Source: Candidatus Methylacidiphilales bacterium (GTDB taxonomy: Bacteria; Verrucomicrobiota; Verrucomicrobiia; Methylacidiphilales; JAAUTS01). From it: a DNA stretch of 64,000 nt. Shown here piece by piece: positions 18,754 through 27,150 of the stretch (its first letter is position 1; every line of letters begins with the position of its first letter). The stretch is taken from assembly GCA_038250235.1 (NCBI GenBank), contig JBBSCO010000001.1, positions 64,500-128,499 on the forward strand, written 5' to 3'. The notes beneath the pieces were generated by a model that saw only the letters and a program-made list of their open reading frames with translations, was not told where the DNA came from and ran no database searches. The translations under genes and the position numbers were made by a program.

Positions 18754-19998
18754 TCAGAGTATCCGTGGTTCCGGCAAAGGAACGATCCATTTTCCACCCC
18801 TCTCAGTGAAGGTAACCTCTTTGCGCATGATTTCTTCCAAATAGTTGTAAGCGAATACTACGGCATAGTCCGGAGGATCTTCCCGGAAAACATCGGCAGT
18901 AACAATGGGATTGTGCGTGCCCGGCATCACTCGTCCGATACGTTCCCGGGAATTGTCCACAACATAGGAAAGTATGTCCGGAGTCAGGGATGACATGTTG
19001 ACATGAACGCTGGCCCGCCCCGAGGCACCGTAGCCGACCACGCGTTTACCTTCGGCATTCAGGGTCTTCACCAAATGGTGTAGCCTGGCGCTTTTTTCCC
19101 GGACTAAAGCTCCAAAGTTGTCGAAGGTCTTTTCCAGGTCAAAACCGCGGCTCTTTTCTTCGCTTAAATAAATCTGGAGGCGCTTCTCGATCGGTTGAGG
19201 AGATGGGTTACTGTTTCGTTGCACATGAACCCGGATCGAGCCGCAGTGGGTGGAAACGCGGATCACATCAAAAATATGCATCCCGAAGAGGGCGAAAAAC
19301 TTTTTCAGGGCGTGAACGGAATGATACATCAGATGCTCGTGGTAGATCATGTCGTATTGGCACCCATCCAAAAGGTCGAAGAGGCATTGCACTTCAAAAA
19401 GAAATACTCCGTGTGGGGCCAGAAGATGGTCGATGCCATCCATCACGCCATGTAGATCGTCGATATGGGCGAAAACATTGTTGGCACTAATGGCGTCTGA
19501 GGCGCCCTGTTCACTTCGTATGACCCTTGCCAACCCAAGATCAAAAAAATCATTATAAATGTGGCAACCTCGCGACCGGGCAACAGCAGCTATATTTTCT
19601 GCGGGTTCAACTCCGACGGCACGGACGGAATATTCGTGCAGTGGTTTGAGTAGCACGCCGTCATTGCAACCGATTTCGACCACCAAAGCCCCGGGTTTTA
19701 GAAAGCGTCCTGTGATTTCCTTGGCATAATCCTGGAAATGTCTGGAAAGTGTGGCCGTGCTGGAGGCCAGATACCGGTAGTCTTTGAAGAGGATTTGTGG
19801 GTTGACGGTTTCGAGAATCTGCACTTCGTGACAGTTCCGGCAGAAGGAAAGAGTCAGAGGATACTTTCTTTCTGATGGCACGTTTCCAGGCAACAGAAAG
19901 CCTCCCGCGGGCGGGGTTTCTCCCAAGGCCAGAAAAGGATGCAGACCCGATGAATGGCACAGGCGGCAGGTGGTTCTAGAGTGCCAGTTTTCTTTCAT
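18754..19998 (-). CDS. NDP-hexose C-methyltransferase-like enzyme (N-terminal Cys4 Zn ribbon, class I SAM MTase and C-methyltransferase C-terminal domain)
   Basis: CRLCHS...CRNCHEV is the Zn ribbon and VVEIGCNDG is SAM motif I. The size and architecture match the TylCIII/EvaC-type family, recalled from memory. Confidence 0.7.
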   Translation of the reverse strand: MKENWHSRTTCRLCHSSGLHPFLALGETPPAGGFLLPGNVPSERKYPLTLSFCRNCHEVQILETVNPQILFKDYRYLASSTATLSRHFQDYAKEITGRFLKPGALVVEIGCNDGVLLKPLHEYSVRAVGVEPAENIAAVARSRGCHIYNDFFDLGLARVIRSEQGASDAISANNVFAHIDDLHGVMDGIDHLLAPHGVFLFEVQCLFDLLDGCQYDMIYHEHLMYHSVHALKKFFALFGMHIFDVIRVSTHCGSIRVHVQRNSNPSPQPIEKRLQIYLSEEKSRGFDLEKTFDNFGALVREKSARLHHLVKTLNAEGKRVVGYGASGRASVHVNMSSLTPDILSYVVDNSRERIGRVMPGTHNPIVTADVFREDPPDYAVVFAYNYLEEIMRKEVTFTERGGKWIVPLPEPRIL

Positions 19999-20017
19999 AC
20001 GTGGGGGAAGCTGTTGT

Positions 20018-22060
20018 TCAGTAAAAAGTGACTTCCTTGACGTGCATCAAAACCTTAACGAAGTCTGGCTGCCCGTCTTCCCGCATTTCCAGACGGACGG
20101 AGCGGGCATTTCCTTCGAGTCCCTTGAAGTCAAGGCGGAGGAAGGGGAAGGTCGGGTTGTCTTTTTTCAGTTTCATTGAAAAATTTCCGATCTCGGCCCC
20201 TTTGTCGTTCTTGATGATGGCCGTCAGAATGTTTTCCTGGCTGAATCCCACCTCCACCCCGTTTAGTTTTCTGTTGCTGGGGAAATCGATTTCCAGAACA
20301 AAGGGGTGGCCTCCGGCACCGCGCAGAACAGCAAGCCTGTTTCTATCAAAAAACATAGTGCTGTCCCCGATATCCAGGGGGCAGTTCCTGATGACCCAGG
20401 TCTCCCCGGAGGGAACCACCAAGGTGCTTTCGCGCAGCTGCAGCAGTTCGTAGGCTGCTATTTTAAAAAGGCGTTTGGCGTCGGACGAATACTTCAACCG
20501 GACAAAGTGGAAGCCAGGGGTGCCGTCGGGATATAGGACGATTTTCCCCAGATCCTGGTAGGACACCATCGGGGATTTCTGTATTTCCTTATACTGTTCA
20601 TGTGTGACGACAAAAGGACCTCCCGGCAGTTCTATCTCGTTGTGGATGTAATATTCATAGTCCTGCAGTTTTACATTTTCCGGCGATTCAAAAAATTGGA
20701 GCAGGTATTCCGGACTGTTCATCCATCTGGTTGAGAGATGGACAGTCTCATTTGGGTTCTGTTTCAGGTATTCGGGAATGGCGTCACGTATGACTTCTTT
20801 GGAGCCCCAGGCCAGGCCGAACAAGCCAAAATTGTTGAACCAGCGTGGGCCATTTTTGAGGGAATCAAACGTCAGAAAAAAAGTATAGAATCCTAATAAC
20901 ACAAAAATAGCAGAATAAAGGGCCTGGCGGACATGGAAGAGTTTTACGCGCTGCAGAAGAAAATCCCCCCCAATCATGATCATCATACAGGCCGGCACCA
21001 GAAACGTCATGTTCCGGGTAATGACAGGCTCCACAAAAGCCGAACCGGCGGAAGAAGCTGCGATCAAAATAAGGATGAGCCGTGAGGATGGCTTTTTGAT
21101 GTGGAAAAGACTGAGGGCCAAACCCAGATAGAGCAGGGGTGCCGTGACCGGAAGCAGATGGCCATGCATGGCCAGACGGTGCCTGAGATTGCTGCCCTCC
21201 CAGGCAAACCAGAAGTCGTGACTGAAACCCTTGACGTACGTGCTCAGAATCAGGTGCATTCTTGAGAAAAAAGGCATTTCGTTCGAGAGTGACAGGGAAT
21301 AGTCTTGGATATGTTTTCCGGGAGAATCGGGATAGTTTCTGAAAAACAGAAACAAAGGAACAAGAAACAGACAGGAGAGGGCGAATGCTTTCAACACTGT
21401 CCTGTAATGTTTCAGGTGGTGTTTGAAATCCGAGAACAGAAGCAGCACGGATGTTACCAGCATTATAAGCGGGCCGGCGGAATAGGAGTAGAGGGTGAGA
21501 GCCCCGAATCCAGAGGCCCAATAGAGGGCATTTGTTTTTCCTGAAAGATAATCCAAATAAAAATAGCAGAACCAGATGTAGAACACCACGGTGTAGACAC
21601 ATTCAAAGGCCGTTCGCGAATGAAGAAACCAGGCTGGCATTGTCACCATAACAAGGGGAGCCAGCCACCAACCCTGGCAGTTGAAGTGACGTTTCAGAAT
21701 AAGGGCAAGTCCGAACACTGCCCAGGCAGTCAGAAGCGCGGCTGAACCCCGCACCGCCGTTATGCTGTGGCCGAAGAGCAACCACCCGGGCATCTGGATG
21801 TAGTGGGCAATGGAGACAAAGCGATACCAGGGACCCTCGGCGGTTACTGGCAGAAAATGTCCGTGTTCATCAAAAAAACCATTCTTCCACAGGGCGGCGG
21901 CCCGCACTTGTTCCGCCGCTTCATCAGTAAAAAAATAGACGGGGAAATTCTCAAGAGAGATGAGGCGCGTGAAGAGGTAGATGGAAAGACCGGCCAGAAA
22001 AAGAATCTGGCTTTCCCTTCGGCCCAAAAAAACCAGGACGTTTTTCCAAGAAATATTCAC
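20018..22060 (-). CDS. GT-C fold membrane glycosyltransferase (ArnT/PMT GT39/GT83-like) with a ~260-aa C-terminal soluble domain
   Basis: About 400 aa contain >=10 TM segments, with an early loop FFTDEAAEQV (acidic first-loop motif). The C-terminal non-membrane part ends in a beta-rich segment (VEVGFSQENILTAIIKNDKGAEIGNF...VRLEMREDGQ). Confidence 0.65.
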   Translation of the reverse strand: MNISWKNVLVFLGRRESQILFLAGLSIYLFTRLISLENFPVYFFTDEAAEQVRAAALWKNGFFDEHGHFLPVTAEGPWYRFVSIAHYIQMPGWLLFGHSITAVRGSAALLTAWAVFGLALILKRHFNCQGWWLAPLVMVTMPAWFLHSRTAFECVYTVVFYIWFCYFYLDYLSGKTNALYWASGFGALTLYSYSAGPLIMLVTSVLLLFSDFKHHLKHYRTVLKAFALSCLFLVPLFLFFRNYPDSPGKHIQDYSLSLSNEMPFFSRMHLILSTYVKGFSHDFWFAWEGSNLRHRLAMHGHLLPVTAPLLYLGLALSLFHIKKPSSRLILILIAASSAGSAFVEPVITRNMTFLVPACMMIMIGGDFLLQRVKLFHVRQALYSAIFVLLGFYTFFLTFDSLKNGPRWFNNFGLFGLAWGSKEVIRDAIPEYLKQNPNETVHLSTRWMNSPEYLLQFFESPENVKLQDYEYYIHNEIELPGGPFVVTHEQYKEIQKSPMVSYQDLGKIVLYPDGTPGFHFVRLKYSSDAKRLFKIAAYELLQLRESTLVVPSGETWVIRNCPLDIGDSTMFFDRNRLAVLRGAGGHPFVLEIDFPSNRKLNGVEVGFSQENILTAIIKNDKGAEIGNFSMKLKKDNPTFPFLRLDFKGLEGNARSVRLEMREDGQPDFVKVLMHVKEVTFY

Positions 22061-22196
22061 ACAATCGCAGCTCAGAGCCTAAGATTGTAGGTCTGTCGTT
22101 GGCAAGAGCGCAATTGTCCAAAGGAGGGGGTTACCAACAGGAATGGTTTGCGGCCGTAGAGAAGAAAAAATTATTTTTGCCTCGCCCGCCGTGCGG

Positions 22197-23099
22197 TCAC
22201 TGCACGAGATCCAGCAGCGAGGTGCTTTTCCAGTCAATATCCCCGCTTTTTTTCAAAATCCAGGTTTCTGTATGTTCAGACGTTTGGTTTCTCTTGAGGA
22301 AGGACAGGGGGGCAACGCTTTCCAGCTCCAGCATTTCTTCATTGCTGAAGAGCTCGAAGTTCACCCCCATATCGGGATAACCTGCCTCGATGGAATTTTC
22401 GGAGAATGGAATGGTTTTGGCAAAAAGGGTGTCGCCCAATTGGTAGCCGACCCAGCCTGTCCTGTGCAGGAGCCCGAACTTGGTCGGTCCCGCATCGCTC
22501 CGTTGTTGAACCAGAATGTTTGGCCATGACCAATTGTAGCGGGCATCCAAGACATCCGTATAAGGCCAGAGAACCAGGCGGCGGTTTGGCAGGAGATCCG
22601 CAGGGTGTGTTCCTTTTTCCGGTTGGGGAATCACGGCCAGGCCGCCCGGTGCCATCACGCTGAGGGCCCAGGGCGCGATGGCGAAGTCCAGATCCCTTGT
22701 GGCCACAATACGGTGGGTTAAGGTTACTCTGTCTTTATCCGCATCCAGCCGCACTTCAAGCTCTTTGTTCCAGCCACTTTCAAGATTGGCTCCGGAGCTG
22801 ATTTTGTAGTGGTTGGGTCCGATTTTTTTATAGGGAACCGGTTTATTGTCTGGCGCATAAGTGTAGCCATTCTCGGGTGATTCCGGGGAAATCCAGAATC
22901 GGTGGCCGCCGCGTATCTTCCATTCAGCTTCGCCACTTTTGCCCAGCTGGTCGGGATATTCCTTAAAGACGTTGGGGCCGCCGACGTGGGCCAGACGGAT
23001 AACACGCGGTCCAACGTCGAGACTGATGACGAGTTCGATGCTTCCGTTGTTGAGGTGAAGGTTGTTGTTCCAGCCGTGGGACACGATGATTTCAGGCAT
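22197..23099 (-). CDS. Aldose-epimerase-like beta-sandwich protein (possibly DUF4380 family)
   Basis: LNNGSIELVISLDVGPRVIRL...GGHRFWISPE resembles the DUF4380/mutarotase-like pattern as I recall it. This was not verified. Confidence 0.35.
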   Translation of the reverse strand: MPEIIVSHGWNNNLHLNNGSIELVISLDVGPRVIRLAHVGGPNVFKEYPDQLGKSGEAEWKIRGGHRFWISPESPENGYTYAPDNKPVPYKKIGPNHYKISSGANLESGWNKELEVRLDADKDRVTLTHRIVATRDLDFAIAPWALSVMAPGGLAVIPQPEKGTHPADLLPNRRLVLWPYTDVLDARYNWSWPNILVQQRSDAGPTKFGLLHRTGWVGYQLGDTLFAKTIPFSENSIEAGYPDMGVNFELFSNEEMLELESVAPLSFLKRNQTSEHTETWILKKSGDIDWKSTSLLDLVQ

Positions 23100-23111
23100 A
23101 TGCTGTTTCAG

Positions 23112-24299
23112 TTATGGGAGAAGAGTTTGGATTTTGTTTAAGTAAAGAGTGGTCCAATGATGCTCCCGGAGTGCCATTTTTCGGGCAATGTGCGCTGGCG
23201 AGTGCATGAGACCTATGGCGGCGTTGGTGGCGTCAGTGGGATTTTTGACCATGGTCAGGCTCGGCAACTGCCACTCGGCCAGGGTGGGTAGGGGCTGGGT
23301 CCAACAGGGAAGCCGACAAAGAGCGGCCTCCAAGGGAGGCAGACCATGGCCCTCGTAGGCGGAGGGAAAAAGAAGCACATCAGCCACACGGAAGCCCTGG
23401 GTCCAGACCTGTCCGATTTCGTCATTGTAATCGTTTAGAAAGAAAATGTCTTTTTCCAGGCCGAGCTGGGCTGGATATTCCTTCAAGTAGCTTTCATAAC
23501 TTTGTCCGGCCGTGCCATAAACATCCTGGCTGGCCGTGATGAGGAGCATGGGATGGATGCCGGCTTTTTTGATCGCGTCCATGTATAGAATAGCCTGGTC
23601 GATGTTTTTCCGCTGCATCAGTTTGGTTGGATAATAAAAAATAATATCACGCTGGAGGTAATCCTGCTTCATCAGCCAATCGTAGAACTCAGGCTGCAAC
23701 TCCAGCAATTCCTGGAACGAAACGCCATTCTCGACCACCGGAACGGAATCGGGAGGAAGATTCAGGGTCAGGCAGATTTCCTTCTTCCTGTTTTCACTAA
23801 CGGCAACGTAGGTGACATTGGGATGGGCTTTCCGCATGAGGGCCCATGGCATTTTAGTAGGATTGGGTAGTGCGTAATTCTTGTTGGTCGCAGTGAAGTC
23901 GTGGGCCCATGCGAATGTTTTTTTGCTCTCCGCCAGTTTCCAGACGGCCTGGGTCAGGGCGAGATTGAAATGGGTGGTCAGTGCCCCATGGACAAAAACA
24001 GCATCCGCCCAGTCATAGTAGGGAGTGAGCACTTCCAACAGAAGTTTGTTGAGTTCCTGGAAATGTTTGTCGGTTTGGCCTTGGTCCACCGCCCGCTTCG
24101 CCGTGATATTTAATGGAAAACCAGGAGAAAGCTCTTTCAGGGACTCCACCTCATAGGTTTCCTGACTGGCCTGTCCGTGACCTGTGACCACCCGCACTTC
24201 GTGTCCTGCGGCGGCGAAAAGCTCGGCGTGGTGCCTCATCACGCTTTCGGGGCCACCAACCAGGGGCCAGAAGGTGCTGTTGAGAAGGAGTATTTTCAT
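23112..24299 (-). CDS. Glycosyltransferase family 4 (GT-B, group 1)
   Basis: MKILLLNSTFWPLVGGPESV is followed by the C-terminal LFPSAYEGHGLPPLEA (E-x7-E-like). The start is at ATG 24299; the ORF track runs to 24335. Confidence 0.8.
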   Translation of the reverse strand: MKILLLNSTFWPLVGGPESVMRHHAELFAAAGHEVRVVTGHGQASQETYEVESLKELSPGFPLNITAKRAVDQGQTDKHFQELNKLLLEVLTPYYDWADAVFVHGALTTHFNLALTQAVWKLAESKKTFAWAHDFTATNKNYALPNPTKMPWALMRKAHPNVTYVAVSENRKKEICLTLNLPPDSVPVVENGVSFQELLELQPEFYDWLMKQDYLQRDIIFYYPTKLMQRKNIDQAILYMDAIKKAGIHPMLLITASQDVYGTAGQSYESYLKEYPAQLGLEKDIFFLNDYNDEIGQVWTQGFRVADVLLFPSAYEGHGLPPLEAALCRLPCWTQPLPTLAEWQLPSLTMVKNPTDATNAAIGLMHSPAHIARKMALREHHWTTLYLNKIQTLLP

Positions 24300-24582
24300 T
24301 TCTGGTGCAGATACAGAAAACCATGCTGCAACCAAAAAGCACGAAAAATGTCTTCAATCCGCAGTGTCATCATCTCATCAGGATTTGCACGGGAAAGGCA
24401 AGGAAAGGTTTTCTCTCTTGGAAATCACCCGGGAGAAGGGGGAATGTCAATTAATACCTCTCCTACCATATCCCCAGCCTATTCGTGCTATTCGCTATAT
24501 TCATGGAAGCCAAGTTAATCTCACAGTGCCCCCCAAAGGATTTCTTTATTTGCAAGTTTTTAGAACGAGTGTCTATTGAAGG

Positions 24583-26127
24583 ATGCAACGCAAGATACTG
24601 AAGTCCTCTTTTATCTGGGTGAAACTTTTGCAGCAGGCCCGTAACGTGGTGCCTGAGGCTTTCGATTCCGGTGGAAACCCTTTGAACTTTTTTGACGGAA
24701 ACTGGATCGGTTCAGGTCATTCAAAGAACTTTGTCACCAGCCTGGACTGCAGTTTAATAACTGCTTTTCCCATGATTGACTTGAACACGGCCAAGCGGGC
24801 CGTTCACGCCAGTCATCTTCAATCCAAAGACTGGGCCAGGGTTGACCTCGACGAAAGGCGTGCCCGCGTGAGCCGGTGCGTCGATTCCTTGCGTCAGCAT
24901 CGGGAGCTGTTGGCTGGACTTCTGGTTTGGGAAATTGGCAAGCCCTTCCACTTGGCCTTGAACGATGTGGATCGGTGTGTAACGGGTGTGGAATGGTATG
25001 TGGAAAATATCGAGGGGATGCTCCAGGGACGCCAACCCATAGGGCTTGTTTCCAATATCGCCTCCTGGAACTACCCTTACTCGGTCTTAATGCATGCCGC
25101 GCTTGTCCAGATGCTAGCGGGGAATGCGGTCATTGCCAAAACTCCCAGCGATGGCGGGCTGGTGGCACTAACGGTCGGCTGCGCGCTCGCCTCCCGCGCG
25201 GAACTTCCTTTCTCGCTTGTGAGCGGATCCGGGGGTCAACTCAGCGATGCCTTGGTTCGGAACGAGGACGTGGCATGTCTGGCCTTTGTTGGGGGTAAAA
25301 CAAACGGCGGGGTCATTGCTGCAAGCCTCTTTGATCAACATAAGCGCTACATGCTCGAAATGGAGGGCGTCAATGCTTACGGCGTCTGGGATTTTTCTGA
25401 CTGGCAACTTCTGGCTGAACAGATCAAAAAAGGCTACGAGTACGGTAAACAGCGGTGCACGGCTTATGCCCGTTTTGTCATTCAACGTGACCTCTTTCCC
25501 AAGTTCCTTTCCGTTTACACTGACGTGCTGCAATCCCTGCGCTATGGCCATCCACTCCTCGTTGAAAAAGAAGAGGATCCACTTCCGAAATACGACTTCG
25601 GGCCCTTGATCAATTCCAAAAAGGTGGAAGAAATTCAGGTGCGTTACAGTGAGGCTAAAGGCAAAGGCGGGGTCTCCATCTATGAAGGTGTCTTCGACGA
25701 AACGATGTTCCTGCCAGGACAGGATATCTCCGCCTACAGCCCACCGCTCTCCATTCTGAACGTTCCCCGCAACAGCGAGATTTATCACAGTGAACCGTTT
25801 GGGCCGCTTGACACCATCGTGATCGTGGATCGCCTGGAAGAACTCGTGGCGGAGATGAATGTCTCCAATGGCTGTCTCGTCGCCAGTTTGGCCACTGACA
25901 AGCCCCAGTTGGCGGCGGAGATTATTCCTCAACTTCGCGCCTTTAAAACCGGGGTCAATCGCTTGCGGTCACGGGGCGATAATGCGGAAGCTTTCGGAGG
26001 CAAGGGGCAATCCTGGAAAGGCTGCTTTGTCGGAGGAGAATACCTGGTTCAAGCCGTGACCATGGAGCAGAAGGGACAATCTCTCTTCGGTAACTTTCCG
26101 AATTACGTCCAATTCCCGCCTACCTAA
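24583..26127 (+). CDS. Aldehyde dehydrogenase family protein
   Basis: SNIASWNYP, the catalytic Glu region LEMEGVNA, the Cys region GKQRCTAY and EPFGPL are present. Confidence 0.85.
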   Translation: MQRKILKSSFIWVKLLQQARNVVPEAFDSGGNPLNFFDGNWIGSGHSKNFVTSLDCSLITAFPMIDLNTAKRAVHASHLQSKDWARVDLDERRARVSRCVDSLRQHRELLAGLLVWEIGKPFHLALNDVDRCVTGVEWYVENIEGMLQGRQPIGLVSNIASWNYPYSVLMHAALVQMLAGNAVIAKTPSDGGLVALTVGCALASRAELPFSLVSGSGGQLSDALVRNEDVACLAFVGGKTNGGVIAASLFDQHKRYMLEMEGVNAYGVWDFSDWQLLAEQIKKGYEYGKQRCTAYARFVIQRDLFPKFLSVYTDVLQSLRYGHPLLVEKEEDPLPKYDFGPLINSKKVEEIQVRYSEAKGKGGVSIYEGVFDETMFLPGQDISAYSPPLSILNVPRNSEIYHSEPFGPLDTIVIVDRLEELVAEMNVSNGCLVASLATDKPQLAAEIIPQLRAFKTGVNRLRSRGDNAEAFGGKGQSWKGCFVGGEYLVQAVTMEQKGQSLFGNFPNYVQFPPT

Positions 26128-26268
26128 GCACCCGACCTTCCTCCACAGGCTGTTACGTTGTAGTAGGCTCCTTGAAATTCAATGCGTATCTGTCGTGCCA
26201 TAAACGCAAGCTATTCTTGAACCGTAATTTCTGCCAAGTATGATTGAGTGACCCCAATATCTTGGTTC

Positions 26269-26310
26269 AAAAAAAAGCGCGTTCGACCTTTCGGCGGAAC
26301 GCGCTTTTTT
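26269..26310. terminator. Bidirectional rho-independent terminator
   Basis: An A8 run precedes the stem agcgcgttc (26276-26284), which pairs with gaacgcgct (26297-26305), followed by T6. It sits at the end of the minus-strand r-protein operon and downstream of the ALDH gene. Confidence 0.85.
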
Positions 26311-26324
26311 CTGAAGAGGCGGGA

Positions 26325-26525
26325 TCAGCCTTTCTTCAGAAGGGGCAGACCGGTGCGGGCGTTTTCGGAAACGACATATCCGGTGGGCAGGGCATCGAGG
26401 GCGTTTGGACCCGCAACTCCGGCAAAGTAATAGAGAGTGACTTTTGAGCCACCTTTGAGTTCCTGAACACGGTTGTGAAGGAAGTAAGTTTTTCCGCTTT
26501 TTTTGCTGACGACGCTAAAGGACAT
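26325..26525 (-). CDS. Small conserved-looking hypothetical protein (66 aa)
   Basis: MSFSVVSKKSGKTYFLH...VTLYYFA...LPTGYVVSENARTGLPLLKKG. It is the last gene before the terminator in the dksA-like/rpsR/rpmB transcription unit. No function is known. Confidence 0.55.
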   Translation of the reverse strand: MSFSVVSKKSGKTYFLHNRVQELKGGSKVTLYYFAGVAGPNALDALPTGYVVSENARTGLPLLKKG

Positions 26526-26640
26526 GATTGATTCTCCTGGTGAGTGGTTGACCGTACAGGACTTGAGTAGCCCGTATGGAGGGTTCTTTTTATCAGCCTG
26601 TTACCTCAACTGGGAGGAATCAAGCTTCAAATGGGGGTTC

Positions 26641-26904
26641 TTAGACCAGTCCGGCAGTCTTCAGAGTGGCGTAAACACCATTCTTATCCATGGTTTTCAT
26701 GGCGCGGGCGGACAGTTTCAGGGTGACAAAACGTTTCAGTTCGGGAACCCAGAGACGTTTGGCCCGCAGGTTGGGGACAAACTCACGGGGTGTGTTGCTG
26801 GTAACGTGAGTACCGATACCGCCCTTTTTCTTGGCTTTACCGCTGCGATTGATGGTATGGCCGCGGGTGGGTTTTTTACCTGTGATAATGCAAGTGCGTG
26901 ACAT
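26641..26904 (-). CDS. rpmB: 50S ribosomal protein L28 (long form with a KKKGGIG insert, as in Chlamydiae)
   Basis: MSRTCIITGKKP..GH...FVPNLRAKRLWVPE..RFVTLKLSARAMKT is L28. Confidence 0.93.
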   Translation of the reverse strand: MSRTCIITGKKPTRGHTINRSGKAKKKGGIGTHVTSNTPREFVPNLRAKRLWVPELKRFVTLKLSARAMKTMDKNGVYATLKTAGLV

Positions 26905-26906
26905 AA

Positions 26907-27146
26907 TTATTTAACCAGCAGGAGGTTACGGGCGCGTTTGATTTCGCGGGTTAATTTGCGGTGGAGCTTGGTCGTCATGCCGGTAATGCGGCGGGGAAGG
27001 ATTTTACCCTTTTCCGTAACGAACTTCTTCAGCAAATCGGGGTTTTTATAATCGAGGGCATCGACGCTGACATCGATACGCTTGCGATTGGTGATACGGC
27101 CGGAGCGACGGCGGCGGCGTTGGTTTTTCTTAATCGTGGATCCCAT
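26907..27146 (-). CDS. rpsR: 30S ribosomal protein S18 (Cys-free form)
   Basis: [47 protein letters not shown] is S18. Confidence 0.93.
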   Translation of the reverse strand: MGSTIKKNQRRRRRSGRITNRKRIDVSVDALDYKNPDLLKKFVTEKGKILPRRITGMTTKLHRKLTREIKRARNLLLVK

Positions 27147-27150
27147 AGAG

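Noticed and set aside
24479-24502. The direct repeats ctattcg-tg-ctattcg-ctatattc lie in the divergent GT4/ALDH promoter region.
   Set aside because: These are 7-nt units occurring twice in an AT-rich spacer, which is too short to distinguish from chance. No associated regulator is adjacent.
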